DNA of 64,000 nucleotides from an uncultured Verrucomicrobiae bacterium (GTDB lineage: Bacteria > Verrucomicrobiota > Verrucomicrobiia > Chthoniobacterales > UBA10450), in contig CAWBFF010000008.1 in assembly GCA_963788065.1 (NCBI GenBank), positions 1,030,784 through 1,094,783 of the forward strand. Reading direction: 5' to 3'. Position 1 is the first letter of the stretch, and each line of letters starts with the position of its first letter. A model generated the notes under the pieces. It was not told where the DNA came from. It did no database searches and saw only the letters and a program-made list of their open reading frames with translations. Shown here piece after piece: positions 45,964 through 54,540 of the stretch. Both the position numbers and the translations under genes were made by a program.

Positions 45964-48900
45964 ACCGGGACGGTGCTTTTGCGGAATGCCGCGATCTTCG
46001 TCGGATCGAGATAAGTGCCTTCGTAGTTAAGCTTCGCGGCCGTGAACTCCAGCTCCGCGAGCGCCTGCCAATGGCGGCGTGCAGCGGCGGGCTCGACGAG
46101 TCCGATCGTCGGCGGAAGATCCGGGCGCTGCGCGGAAAGCAGCGCAGAAAGGATGCAGCCGGTGATGTCCTCCGAGCGCAGCATCGAGAAGAAGAGCTTG
46201 GGAATTTCCACCTGCAGTCCCGGCCCCGCGCCGGCGGGCACGTGGATGATGCGCGGCATTGGTTCGCCGCTTTGGACAAAGCCGCCTTCGGTAAACAGGA
46301 TGTCGCGGCTCTCGTGGAAGCGGGCAAACGCCGCCGGTCCGTTCAGGCAATGCGGCGAAGAGTCGTCCACGACCAACGTGCCGGGCGCGAGCCGGGTGAC
46401 GTCGAGCACGTTCTCCACATTGGTCGCGCCAATGATCACCGTCGCGTCGTAGAAATCCGCGCTTTGGTTTCCCGCCACGCGGATCGCTCCGCGGAAGCCG
46501 TGCTGCTCGCGCAAAGTGGTCTCCAATTCCGCGAACCAAGCCGCGCTGCGAAACGGATCGCACAGCCGCAGTTCTGCCGGGTGCGGGAGCACTTCGAGCA
46601 TGAGCTGCAACGCACCGAGGCCGATCGAACCGATGCCGTAAAACATCACCGTCTCCGTTTTTAGATCGCGTCCCGCTTCGTCGATAATCGCGACCAGATT
46701 GAGCAAAACAGCCGCAACGGTCGTGGCGTGGCCAGTCGTGACTGGCGCGAGATTCTGCTCTGCATTGCACGCGGCCTGCACCGTCGCTCCGTAATTCGTG
46801 GCCGAGGGAATGAGTCCGGTGAGTGCGATGCATTTCGCTCCGCAGGCAGACGCGTGGCCAATGGCCTCAAGCGCCAGCGGCAGGAGCGAAGCCTCGCCCG
46901 GCGTCACCTGCGCGGTCGTGAGCGGAAGCATGAAAACACCGACCGAACCGAGCGGCGTCTCCAGAATTAGATCGAGCGACACCTTGCCGCTGCCGCGGTG
47001 CAGCTGCGCAAATAATTGCTCGGGCGCCACGCCCGTTTGCTGGAAGAGCGTGATCGGCCACGGCATGAGCGCGCCGGCGGTGAGCGGCTTGATTTTGCCC
47101 GCGTGCACGAGGTCGAGCAGCGGCGTGGGTTCGGTGCGCAAAAACGGCGCGTCGATTTCGGGTTGAGCGCGCGGAGACGAGGTCGGCGCAGCGGCGGGCG
47201 CGGGTTCGACGGGTTCGGCGAGCATCTGTTTCAATACCCGCTCGGCGAGTCGTGCCGCAGTGGCGTCGGCATTAAGCGCGTCGATCGGCAGCGGGCAGCC
47301 GGAGTGATCTTCGAGGCGCACTTTTAATTCCACCGCCATCAACGAATCCATCCCGATCAGCGCGGCATTAGGGTCGATGTCCGCCGCGGCCATGCCGAGC
47401 GTGGCAGCAATCTGCGCGACCACGAGCCGGCAAACCGCATCCGCTTGTTCGCTCGGCGGAAGGCTGCGCACGGTTTCGCGCCAAGTGCCGGTGGTCGCGC
47501 CGAGGCCGCTCAGTTTTCCGCTCTGCGCGAGATCGCGGAAGACCGGTGAGCCCGTGAACTTCGTGCTGGTGCGCGCGAGTTTTTCCCAATCGACATCCAT
47601 CACACCGACCTGCGCTTCCGCGCTGACGATGAGGCGGGCGAGCGTGGCGAGCGCAGCTTTCGCCGGCACCGCAAGCACGCCGATGCCTTCGAGGTAGCGC
47701 TTGATCTCCGCCTTCTCCGCGGCGACGCCGACGTTATCGAGCTGGCCCCAGTTTATGCTGAGGCCGGGCAATCCGTTGGCGCGACGATGCTGCGCGAGCG
47801 CGTCGAGATAAGCGTTGGCGGCCGCGTAATTGGCATGCCCGGGCGCGCCGATCACCGACGAGATCGAGGAAAACAACACAAAGCAATCGAGCGGCAGCTC
47901 GCGCGTCTGGAGGTGCAGATTCCGGGCGCCATCGATCTTGGGCGCGAGCACGGCAGCGAGATCTTCCTGCGTCATGTCGGCGAGGAAGCGGTCACGCAAA
48001 ACCATCGCAGAATGAAAAACGCCGCGCAGCGGCGGCGACGATTTCTGCAACCGGCGCAAAGCCATCGCGAGCGACTTTTCCTTGGCGACATCACCGGCCA
48101 AAACGGCGACGGAAACGCCGCGCGCGCGCAGTTCGTCGATGATCGGTGCGTCTTGCGCGGAAGCGACGCCGCGGCGGCTGAGCAAGGCAAGATGCCGCGC
48201 GCCGCGGTCCGCAAGCCATTGCGCCGTGGCGAGTCCGAAGCCGCTCAACCCGCCGGTGACGAGGTAGGTGCCGTCGGGGTTGGGCCAGAATTCCGGCGGC
48301 ACTTCCGGGCGCTGCGCGGGATCGAATTCGAGCACGATCTTACCCACGTGCTGCGCCGCCTGCATACGGCGAAAGGCTGCGACGGTTTCACCCGCCGGAA
48401 AGCTCTGGCAGGGAATCGGCGAAAAATCTCCGCGCGCGAGGAACCGCCGGAGCGCGCGCTGTTCCTCGCCGGTGGTGGAAAGCACGGACGCGAGATCGAA
48501 CGCAAAGAACGACAAGGAACGCTGGAAGGCGGCGAGCGGGAGCGCGTTGTTTTCAAAGAGGTCGCGCTTCCCGATTTCGACGAAACGTCCGTGCGGCGCG
48601 CAGACGGCGAGACTTTTTTGCTGGAACGCGCCGGCGAGCGAATTGAGCACGACATCGACGCCACGTCCGCCGGTGTGGCGCAGGGTTTCATCGGCGAAAT
48701 CGAGCGTGCGCGAATCCATAACGTGCGCGACGCCGAGCGCGCGCAGGTAGTCGCGTTTTTCTTCGCTGCCCGCGGTGGCAAGCACGGTGGCGCCGAGGCG
48801 CTGCGCGAGTTGCACCGCCGCGAGACCGACGCCTCCTGCGGCTGCGTGAATGAGCACGGTTTCGCCGCGTCGCAGTCGCGCCAGCGTGTGAAGCGCGTGA

Positions 48901-49880
48901 TAAGCGGTGCCGAAGACGATGGGGATCGACGCGGCCTCTGCAAAGCTGAGCGACCCCGGAATTTTCCACATCGCTTCCGCGCTCGAGATGAGGTGGGAAC
49001 CGAAGGCGCCGCCCGCCATCGAGAAGCCCATCACACGATCGCCCTCGCGCAGTTTGCGCACGCCGCGGCCGACCCGCACGACGCGGCCGGCAAATTCATC
49101 GCCGAGATGTACGGCCTCGTCTTCGTTCAGCGGGTAGATGCCGAGCACCTTCATTAGGTCGCGAAAATTCAGGCCGGCGGCGGCGACTTCGACTTCCACT
49201 TCGCCCGGTCCCGGCGCGGTCCGCGCCCGCCCACGGAATTGCAGCGAATCGACGCGGCCCGTCTGCGCGATGTGCAGCGCCACCATCGGCGGAGGCGTGG
49301 CCGGTCCGGACAGGTCGGGTTGAATGTGCCGCATCCGGCGGACGCGGCGGCCGTCCTCGCGCAGCGCCACCTCGGGCTCGACTTCGGTGGCGCAGAGTTC
49401 GGCCAAGAGTGCTTCGCCGCACGACGCATCCGCGCAATCGACCAGCGCGAGTTGCCATTGCGGCTGCTCCGTCTGCACCGACCGTGCAAAGCCCCAGATC
49501 GCCGCGGGCGCCGGCGACAGGTCTTCGCTCGCTACGACCGCCTGCGCGTGGCGAGTGGCCACGACCCAGCGCGCGGGATTTTCGCTTCCGGGCAGCGCGA
49601 GTCGCGCTTGCGTGAGCGCGAGGAAAGCGGCGCAACCATCTGCGGTTTCGTCATCCCAATTCCAGAGATACAAAATGCGCGTCGGCAGTGGCCCGTAAGC
49701 CGCGAGTGATTTCCACAGGCGCTGCGCCCAATCGCTTCGGCGCAGATTCACAGACAGCGTTTCGCCATTCCGTCCGCCGTCCCGAAAAACCAGGGTCGAC
49801 GCAACGCCTTGCTCTCGCAGCGATGCCGCCACGGATTCGCCGAATTTTTCGCGGTCCGCGAAGATGAGGACGGAGCCGTG
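45960..49880 (-). CDS. PKS reading-frame segment 3/3: KR structural subdomain + enoylreductase + ketoreductase + ACP + C-terminal acyl-ACP-reductase-like domain
   Basis: Sense translation starts at ...HGSVLIFADREKFG (49880); ORF-track codons upstream of this, to 50312, overlap segment 2 and look non-coding. The ER has GLNFRDLM and LIHAAAGGVGLAAVQLAQ. The KR has YLVTGGLSGFGLA and GHANYAAANAYLDA. The ACP has LIGMDSLMAVEL (Ser codon about 47345). The last ~390 aa carry a GIGSIG Rossmann motif. Confidence 0.85.
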   Translation of the reverse strand, partial: HGSVLIFADREKFGESVAASLREQGVASTLVFRDGGRNGETLSVNLRRSDWAQRLWKSLAAYGPLPTRILYLWNWDDETADGCAAFLALTQARLALPGSENPARWVVATRHAQAVVASEDLSPAPAAIWGFARSVQTEQPQWQLALVDCADASCGEALLAELCATEVEPEVALREDGRRVRRMRHIQPDLSGPATPPPMVALHIAQTGRVDSLQFRGRARTAPGPGEVEVEVAAAGLNFRDLMKVLGIYPLNEDEAVHLGDEFAGRVVRVGRGVRKLREGDRVMGFSMAGGAFGSHLISSAEAMWKIPGSLSFAEAASIPIVFGTAYHALHTLARLRRGETVLIHAAAGGVGLAAVQLAQRLGATVLATAGSEEKRDYLRALGVAHVMDSRTLDFADETLRHTGGRGVDVVLNSLAGAFQQKSLAVCAPHGRFVEIGKRDLFENNALPLAAFQRSLSFFAFDLASVLSTTGEEQRALRRFLARGDFSPIPCQSFPAGETVAAFRRMQAAQHVGKIVLEFDPAQRPEVPPEFWPNPDGTYLVTGGLSGFGLATAQWLADRGARHLALLSRRGVASAQDAPIIDELRARGVSVAVLAGDVAKEKSLAMALRRLQKSSPPLRGVFHSAMVLRDRFLADMTQEDLAAVLAPKIDGARNLHLQTRELPLDCFVLFSSISSVIGAPGHANYAAANAYLDALAQHRRANGLPGLSINWGQLDNVGVAAEKAEIKRYLEGIGVLAVPAKAALATLARLIVSAEAQVGVMDVDWEKLARTSTKFTGSPVFRDLAQSGKLSGLGATTGTWRETVRSLPPSEQADAVCRLVVAQIAATLGMAAADIDPNAALIGMDSLMAVELKVRLEDHSGCPLPIDALNADATAARLAERVLKQMLAEPVEPAPAAAPTSSPRAQPEIDAPFLRTEPTPLLDLVHAGKIKPLTAGALMPWPITLFQQTGVAPEQLFAQLHRGSGKVSLDLILETPLGSVGVFMLPLTTAQVTPGEASLLPLALEAIGHASACGAKCIALTGLIPSATNYGATVQAACNAEQNLAPVTTGHATTVAAVLLNLVAIIDEAGRDLKTETVMFYGIGSIGLGALQLMLEVLPHPAELRLCDPFRSAAWFAELETTLREQHGFRGAIRVAGNQSADFYDATVIIGATNVENVLDVTRLAPGTLVVDDSSPHCLNGPAAFARFHESRDILFTEGGFVQSGEPMPRIIHVPAGAGPGLQVEIPKLFFSMLRSEDITGCILSALLSAQRPDLPPTIGLVEPAAARRHWQALAELEFTAAKLNYEGTYLDPTKIAAFRKSTVPV

Positions 49881-51243
49881 GCTCCGCGCGCTGCACCGGC
49901 GGCGGCTGCCGCTCCCACACGAGGCCGTAGCATTTGCGCTCGCGCGCGCTGGTCTTCGACGCGATGGCGAGCAGGCGCAAGCCCACGAAATCCGCGAGCA
50001 CGCCTCCGCTCTGGTCGTGCAACGTGAGATGCCCTTCGTGCGCGTTTTCCCAATGTCGGCCGAGACGCAGATGCGACCAAAACGTGTCGGGCAGCGGCTG
50101 GAAGACGCGCAGTTGGCGCAGCGAGACGATGACGACCGCGCGATCATCCTGACGCCGCCGGATGGCGAAACTTGTTTGAAAGGTGCTGTCGAGCGCGGGC
50201 GGGAAAAGCGTGTAATCCGGCCACGCGCGCTCGGTCGGCGATTGGATGGCGGCGACCACGGCCTCACCGTCGCGCAGGCGTAGCGAGGTGATGCCTTGAA
50301 ACATCGGCCCATAGACCTGACCGATCGCGCTGAGCTCGCGGTAGAGCGTCGCCGGCTCGCGTTCCTCGGGATATTGCTGGCGCAGCGCGTCGAGATCGGC
50401 GGGCGGCGGAGTGTGGAGCCGACCGGGCCGGTAAATCCCGTCGGCCTGGACTTCCCATTCGTCGGGATTGTCCAGCCGCGCGGTCAGGACTTGAAACGAA
50501 GACGAAGCGGGATCGAGTCGCACACACGTCGCCACGGGCCGGTCGTCCGGCAGGAAGAGCAGGTGGTGAAACTTGATGTGCTCAAAAAAGACCGTCGGCT
50601 CGCCGAGGTGTTCGCGCACCGCGGCGGTGGCCATTTCCAGATAGACCGCGGCGGCGACCACAGGCGAGCCGGTGATGCGATGATCGGTGAGCCACGGGAG
50701 GATGCGGACGTCGAACTGCCCGCACCAGGTCGGCTGCGGATGTGGCTGCCGATCGCCGAGCAGCGGGTGCGCGGGGACGCTGCGAAATTCCCGCGCGGCG
50801 CCGCGAGCTTCTCGCCAGAGTCGCTGGCGCTGCCATGGATAAGCGGGCAGGCGCAACGCCTGCGCCGGTCGTCGGTAGAGCGCGTGCCAGCGCACCGCCG
50901 CGCCTCTTTCATACAGCTTTCCGAGCGCGTGCAGCATGGTCGGTCGCTCGTCCTCGGCACGGCGCAGCGACGCCATTGCGACTGCGGGAGATTTTTCCGC
51001 GAGGGTAATTTCCGCCAGCGCCGCGGCCATCACAGGATGCGGGCCGATCTCGATCAGAGCGGTGAAGCCGTCGCGCAGCAATTGGGTGATGCCATCGGAA
51101 AAACGCACCGATTCGCGGACGTTGCGCCACCAGTAATCTGCGTCCATTTCAGCGCCGCGGACCGCCGCGCCGGTGACGGTGGAGATCATCGGAATCTTTG
51201 CTTCCGCGCCGGCGATTCCGCGCAAGGTCGCTGCGTAGACCAT
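49651..51243 (-). CDS. PKS reading-frame segment 2/3: C-terminal third of acyltransferase + dehydratase
   Basis: Begins VYAATLRGIAGAEAKIPMISTVTG...DYWWRNVRESVRFSDGI...IEIGPHPV, the AT C-terminus. The DH has HPLLG and LTDHRITGSPVVAAAVYLEM (His codon about 50682). After ...YGLVWERQPPPVQRAE the frame becomes junk until the stop at 49651. Confidence 0.85.
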   Translation of the reverse strand: MVYAATLRGIAGAEAKIPMISTVTGAAVRGAEMDADYWWRNVRESVRFSDGITQLLRDGFTALIEIGPHPVMAAALAEITLAEKSPAVAMASLRRAEDERPTMLHALGKLYERGAAVRWHALYRRPAQALRLPAYPWQRQRLWREARGAAREFRSVPAHPLLGDRQPHPQPTWCGQFDVRILPWLTDHRITGSPVVAAAVYLEMATAAVREHLGEPTVFFEHIKFHHLLFLPDDRPVATCVRLDPASSSFQVLTARLDNPDEWEVQADGIYRPGRLHTPPPADLDALRQQYPEEREPATLYRELSAIGQVYGPMFQGITSLRLRDGEAVVAAIQSPTERAWPDYTLFPPALDSTFQTSFAIRRRQDDRAVVIVSLRQLRVFQPLPDTFWSHLRLGRHWENAHEGHLTLHDQSGGVLADFVGLRLLAIASKTSARERKCYGLVWERQPPPVQRAEPRLRPHLRGPRKIRRIRGGIAARARRCVDPGFSGRRTEWRNAVCESAPKRLGAAPVEITRGLRATADAHFVSLELG

Positions 51244-53419
51244 TCTCGATGGCGTCCATTTGCGCGCTGTGGAAGGCGTATTCCGTTTGCAGGAAACGAC
51301 AGAAAATTTCCGCTGCGTTCAACGCTGTCGCGATTTCTTCCAGCGCTTTGGCGTCGCCGGAAAGTGTGACCTGCCGCGGCGCGTTGATGGCGGCGAGACT
51401 GACCGAGCCCGGGAATTTTCGCTCCCAGCTCTTCGCGTCCTCCGCCGAGATCGAAGCCGCAAGCATTCGGCCCTGGCCGTGCGTGGTCGCCTGCCAGCGG
51501 CTGCGCGCGATGATGATGCGGAAGATTTCGTCGAGATCGAAAATGCCCGCCGCCCACGCTGCCGCCGCTTCGCCGACGCTGTGGCCAAGGACCGCGGCGG
51601 GCTCGATTCCCCATGCGCGCCAGAGCTCCACGAGGCTTGCTTGCAGCGCGAAGAGCGCGGGCTGCGCGATGTCGGTGTGGTGCAGGCGCGACGCCGATTC
51701 GTCCGCGAGGAGTTCGTCGAGCAGCTTCGGGCCGCCGAGTTTTTGGCAGGTCGCGTCGCACCGTTCCCAAAATTCGCGGACCACTTTTTCCTGATGGAAA
51801 AGCTGGCGCCCCATCGCCCACCATTGCGGACCCTGGCCACTAAAGATGAACGCGATCTTCGGCCGCGCCGTTGTCGTCGTCGCCGGATCGCGAACGTTCT
51901 GAAGTTGCGCGCGCAAGTCCGGGAGCGACTGCGCGACCAGCGCGTGCCGCAGCGGGTGATGCGATTTGCCGAGCGCAGCCGCCGCGCAAAAATCGCTCAG
52001 CGAAAGCTCCGGATTGGCGTCGATGAACTTCCCGTAGGCCGCCGCGTATTCCGCCAGCGCCTCCGGGCTGCGCGCGGAGAAGGGAAAGAGACACGGCTCG
52101 TTGTCAGGCTGCTCGCTGGTTGGTAATACCTCCGGAGCAGGAGCCAGCAATGCGTGGACGTTTGAGCCTCCGAAGCCGAAGGAATTTACGCCGACGAGCG
52201 GTGTTCGACCGTTCGTGGAAGGCAACGGAGTGAGCTGCGTGGGAACCTCTACGCGATCGAGCGGGAGCAGCGCGTTTGGTTCGTCGAAATGGAGATTCGG
52301 CGGGACCATTCGCTGCTCCAGCACGAGGATGGCTTTGATCAAACCCGCCATGCCGGAGGCCGGTTCCAGATGCCCGATGTTCGTCTTTACCGAACCGATC
52401 AACAGCCGTTCACCCGCCGGACGACCTTCCGACAAAACCTCCGCCAGCGCGCGCGCTTCGATCGGATCGCCGACGGGCGTGCCGGTGCCGTGCGCTTCCA
52501 TGTAGACAACGTCCCGCGCCGCGAGCCCTGCGCTTTGCAGCGCCTCGCGGATCATCGCTTCCTGCGCTTCCTGATTCGGCACAGTGAGCCCGCCGGCCGA
52601 ATGGCCATCCTGATTTGAGGCCGTCGCGGCGAGCAGCGCCCGCGGTTTCAACCCAAGCGCCTGCGCCGTTTTAAGCGGCATCAGGACAACCATCCCCGCA
52701 CCCTCCGAGCGCACGTAACCATCCGCGCTGGCGTCGAAAGCCCGGCAACGCCCGCGCGGCGAGAGCATGTGCGCCTGGCTGAATCCGATACCGCCCTCAG
52801 GCGTGAGCACGGCGTTCACGCCGCCGACCAGCGCGTGCTCGCATTCGCCCGACCACAGGCTGCGCGCGGCGAGATGCAACGCCATGAGCGACGACGAGCA
52901 CGCCGTATCGACGGCAAAACTGGGGCCGTGGAAATCGAAAAGAAACGAGATCCGATTCGCGGCGATCGAGAGCGCGCTGCCGATGTTGGTGTAGCGATCG
53001 ATCGAAGAGGCATCGCGCCGATGCAGCGTGGGGTATTCGCTGTGCGAGATCCCGATGAAGACTCCGGTGCGCGACCCCGCAAGCGTTTCCGGCGGCAGCG
53101 CCGCATCTTCCAGCGCTTCCCAAGTCGTCTCCAGGAGCCAGCGATGTTGTGGGTCCACGCACGCCGCTTCCCGTGGCGCGATGCCGAAAAACGCCGCGTC
53201 GAAAGAGTCCACATTTTCAACGAAGCCGCCCCAGCGCGAAACCATGCGCCCCGGCGCGGCGGAGTTCGGATGGAAGAAGCGCGCCGCGTCCCAGCGCTCC
53301 GCCGGCACCTCGGTGATCGCATCCACGCCATCGCGCAGCAGATTCCAAAACGCTTGCGGCGAGTCTGCGCCGCCGGGAAGACGACAGGCCATCCCGACAA
53401 TCGCGAGGGGTTCGAACAT
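51149..53419 (-). CDS. PKS reading-frame segment 1/3: ketosynthase + N-terminal two-thirds of acyltransferase
   Basis: ATG 53419 (MFEPLAIVGMACRLPGG). The KS Cys is in DTACSSSL (codon 52900-52898), with EAHGTGT and NIGHLEPASG. The AT has FIFSGQGPQWW, GHSVGE (Ser codon about 51580) and YAFHS. After ...QMDAIENG the frame turns to Arg-rich junk and stops at 51149. Confidence 0.85.
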   Translation of the reverse strand: MFEPLAIVGMACRLPGGADSPQAFWNLLRDGVDAITEVPAERWDAARFFHPNSAAPGRMVSRWGGFVENVDSFDAAFFGIAPREAACVDPQHRWLLETTWEALEDAALPPETLAGSRTGVFIGISHSEYPTLHRRDASSIDRYTNIGSALSIAANRISFLFDFHGPSFAVDTACSSSLMALHLAARSLWSGECEHALVGGVNAVLTPEGGIGFSQAHMLSPRGRCRAFDASADGYVRSEGAGMVVLMPLKTAQALGLKPRALLAATASNQDGHSAGGLTVPNQEAQEAMIREALQSAGLAARDVVYMEAHGTGTPVGDPIEARALAEVLSEGRPAGERLLIGSVKTNIGHLEPASGMAGLIKAILVLEQRMVPPNLHFDEPNALLPLDRVEVPTQLTPLPSTNGRTPLVGVNSFGFGGSNVHALLAPAPEVLPTSEQPDNEPCLFPFSARSPEALAEYAAAYGKFIDANPELSLSDFCAAAALGKSHHPLRHALVAQSLPDLRAQLQNVRDPATTTTARPKIAFIFSGQGPQWWAMGRQLFHQEKVVREFWERCDATCQKLGGPKLLDELLADESASRLHHTDIAQPALFALQASLVELWRAWGIEPAAVLGHSVGEAAAAWAAGIFDLDEIFRIIIARSRWQATTHGQGRMLAASISAEDAKSWERKFPGSVSLAAINAPRQVTLSGDAKALEEIATALNAAEIFCRFLQTEYAFHSAQMDAIENGLRSDLARNRRRGSKDSDDLHRHRRGGPRR

Positions 53420-53472
53420 CCGGAGTTGATTACAGCGAAGCGCGCGGAGGATATCACGCAGAAAAATCGCTC

Positions 53473-54540
53473 GTGCTGCGCGCGTTGACGCTGGCGGGAG
53501 CGCTCTGTTATGAACGGGCTGCCGTGATTTCACGTTGCGCCCTATTTGTGTTCTGTAGCCTTTCGTTAGGTTTGGGCGGGTGTGGCAAACGGGAGGCGGG
53601 GACGAATCGAGCGGGTGAGCGCACGGCGGTGACGGCGCTCGGACGCGTCACGCCCGGGCGTGCGGCTATCGCGATCGCGGCGCAACCGGGGCTGCGCGTG
53701 CTGAGTTTGCGAGTGAGCGACGGCGCGAAAGTGAAGACGGGCGATGTGCTCGGAAATCTCGATACGTTTCCATTGCGGACTGCGGAACGGGACGCGGCAG
53801 AGGTGGCGGTGCGGGAGGCGCGCGAGCGACTGGAGACGGAGACGCGCTACGGCAACGCGCAACTGGAGCAGAGCAAAGAGGCAGTGCGCGCGCTCGAGAT
53901 CGCGCTCGAACGCGAACGCCGCGAGTTGACGCGTTTCAGCTCCATGAAGTCGGTCATCGAAGGGAAACAGCTCGATGATCAAAAATTCGCCGTCGATAGC
54001 CGCGAAGCGGAATTGGCCAAAGCGCGGGCGGAGCTGCGCGCGACGGAAGCGGCGCTCGCGCGCGTGCCGAGCATGGTCGCAGTGGCGTCGGCGGAGGCAC
54101 GGCTGAAGGTGGCGGAGGCGCAGCTGGAGTTAACCATTCTCCGCGCGCCGATCGATGGCGAGGTCTTGAAGGTTTTCACTTACCCTGGCGAGCGAATCGG
54201 GAACGATCCGATTTTGCGCATGGGGAACACGAACGACATGCACGTGATCGCGGAAGTGCATGAGACGGATGTGGGCGCGGTGCGGGTGGGTCAGCGGGCG
54301 ACAATTACCAGCGACGCTCTACCCGAGCCGGTCGGCGGCGTGGTCGAAGAAGTCGGCGCGCTCATCAACAAGAACGACGTCCTCGATGTGGATCCGCGGG
54401 CGGACAAGGACAAGCGCATCGTGGAAGTGCGGATCAAGCTCGATCAGTCGGACGCGATCGCGCGCTTCACGCATATGGAAGTGGCGGTGCGGATCGATCT
54501 GAAAACACCAGCTGCGGAAAGCGCGACCGCGGCGCGATGA
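53473..54540 (+). CDS. devB: DevB-family membrane fusion protein of ABC exporter (HlyD-like)
   Basis: Lipoprotein-like signal ALFVFCSLSLGLGGC. The DevB-type opening is VTALGRVTPGRAAIAIAAQPG..RVLSLRVSDGAKVKTGDVLGNLD, followed by a long coiled-coil and a beta-barrel tail. The start is GTG 53473 or GTG 53524. The stop overlaps the next ATG (ATGA). Confidence 0.85.
   Translation: MLRALTLAGALCYERAAVISRCALFVFCSLSLGLGGCGKREAGTNRAGERTAVTALGRVTPGRAAIAIAAQPGLRVLSLRVSDGAKVKTGDVLGNLDTFPLRTAERDAAEVAVREARERLETETRYGNAQLEQSKEAVRALEIALERERRELTRFSSMKSVIEGKQLDDQKFAVDSREAELAKARAELRATEAALARVPSMVAVASAEARLKVAEAQLELTILRAPIDGEVLKVFTYPGERIGNDPILRMGNTNDMHVIAEVHETDVGAVRVGQRATITSDALPEPVGGVVEEVGALINKNDVLDVDPRADKDKRIVEVRIKLDQSDAIARFTHMEVAVRIDLKTPAAESATAAR

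Larger units (their letters stand above)
45960..53419 (-). pseudogene. type I fully reducing polyketide synthase (KS-AT-DH-ER-KR-ACP-AAR-like reductase) interrupted by two +1 frame breaks as sequenced
   Basis: One continuous domain series is spread over three minus-strand frames: 53419-51149, 51243-49651 and 49880-45960. The AT domain continues seamlessly across the first break (near 51241-51247). The DH-to-KR linker continues across the second (near 49880-49905). Confidence 0.8.

Noticed and set aside
47787-49157. 456-aa plus-strand ORF inside the PKS ER/KR region
   Set aside because: It is antisense to intact ER and KR domains and shows no motifs.
49880-51247. Programmed +1 ribosomal frameshifting as explanation for the split PKS
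   Set aside because: No slippery or rare-codon/SD-like stimulatory context is recognisable at either junction, and two independent programmed events in one synthase would be unprecedented. An indel (real or technical) is the simpler explanation.
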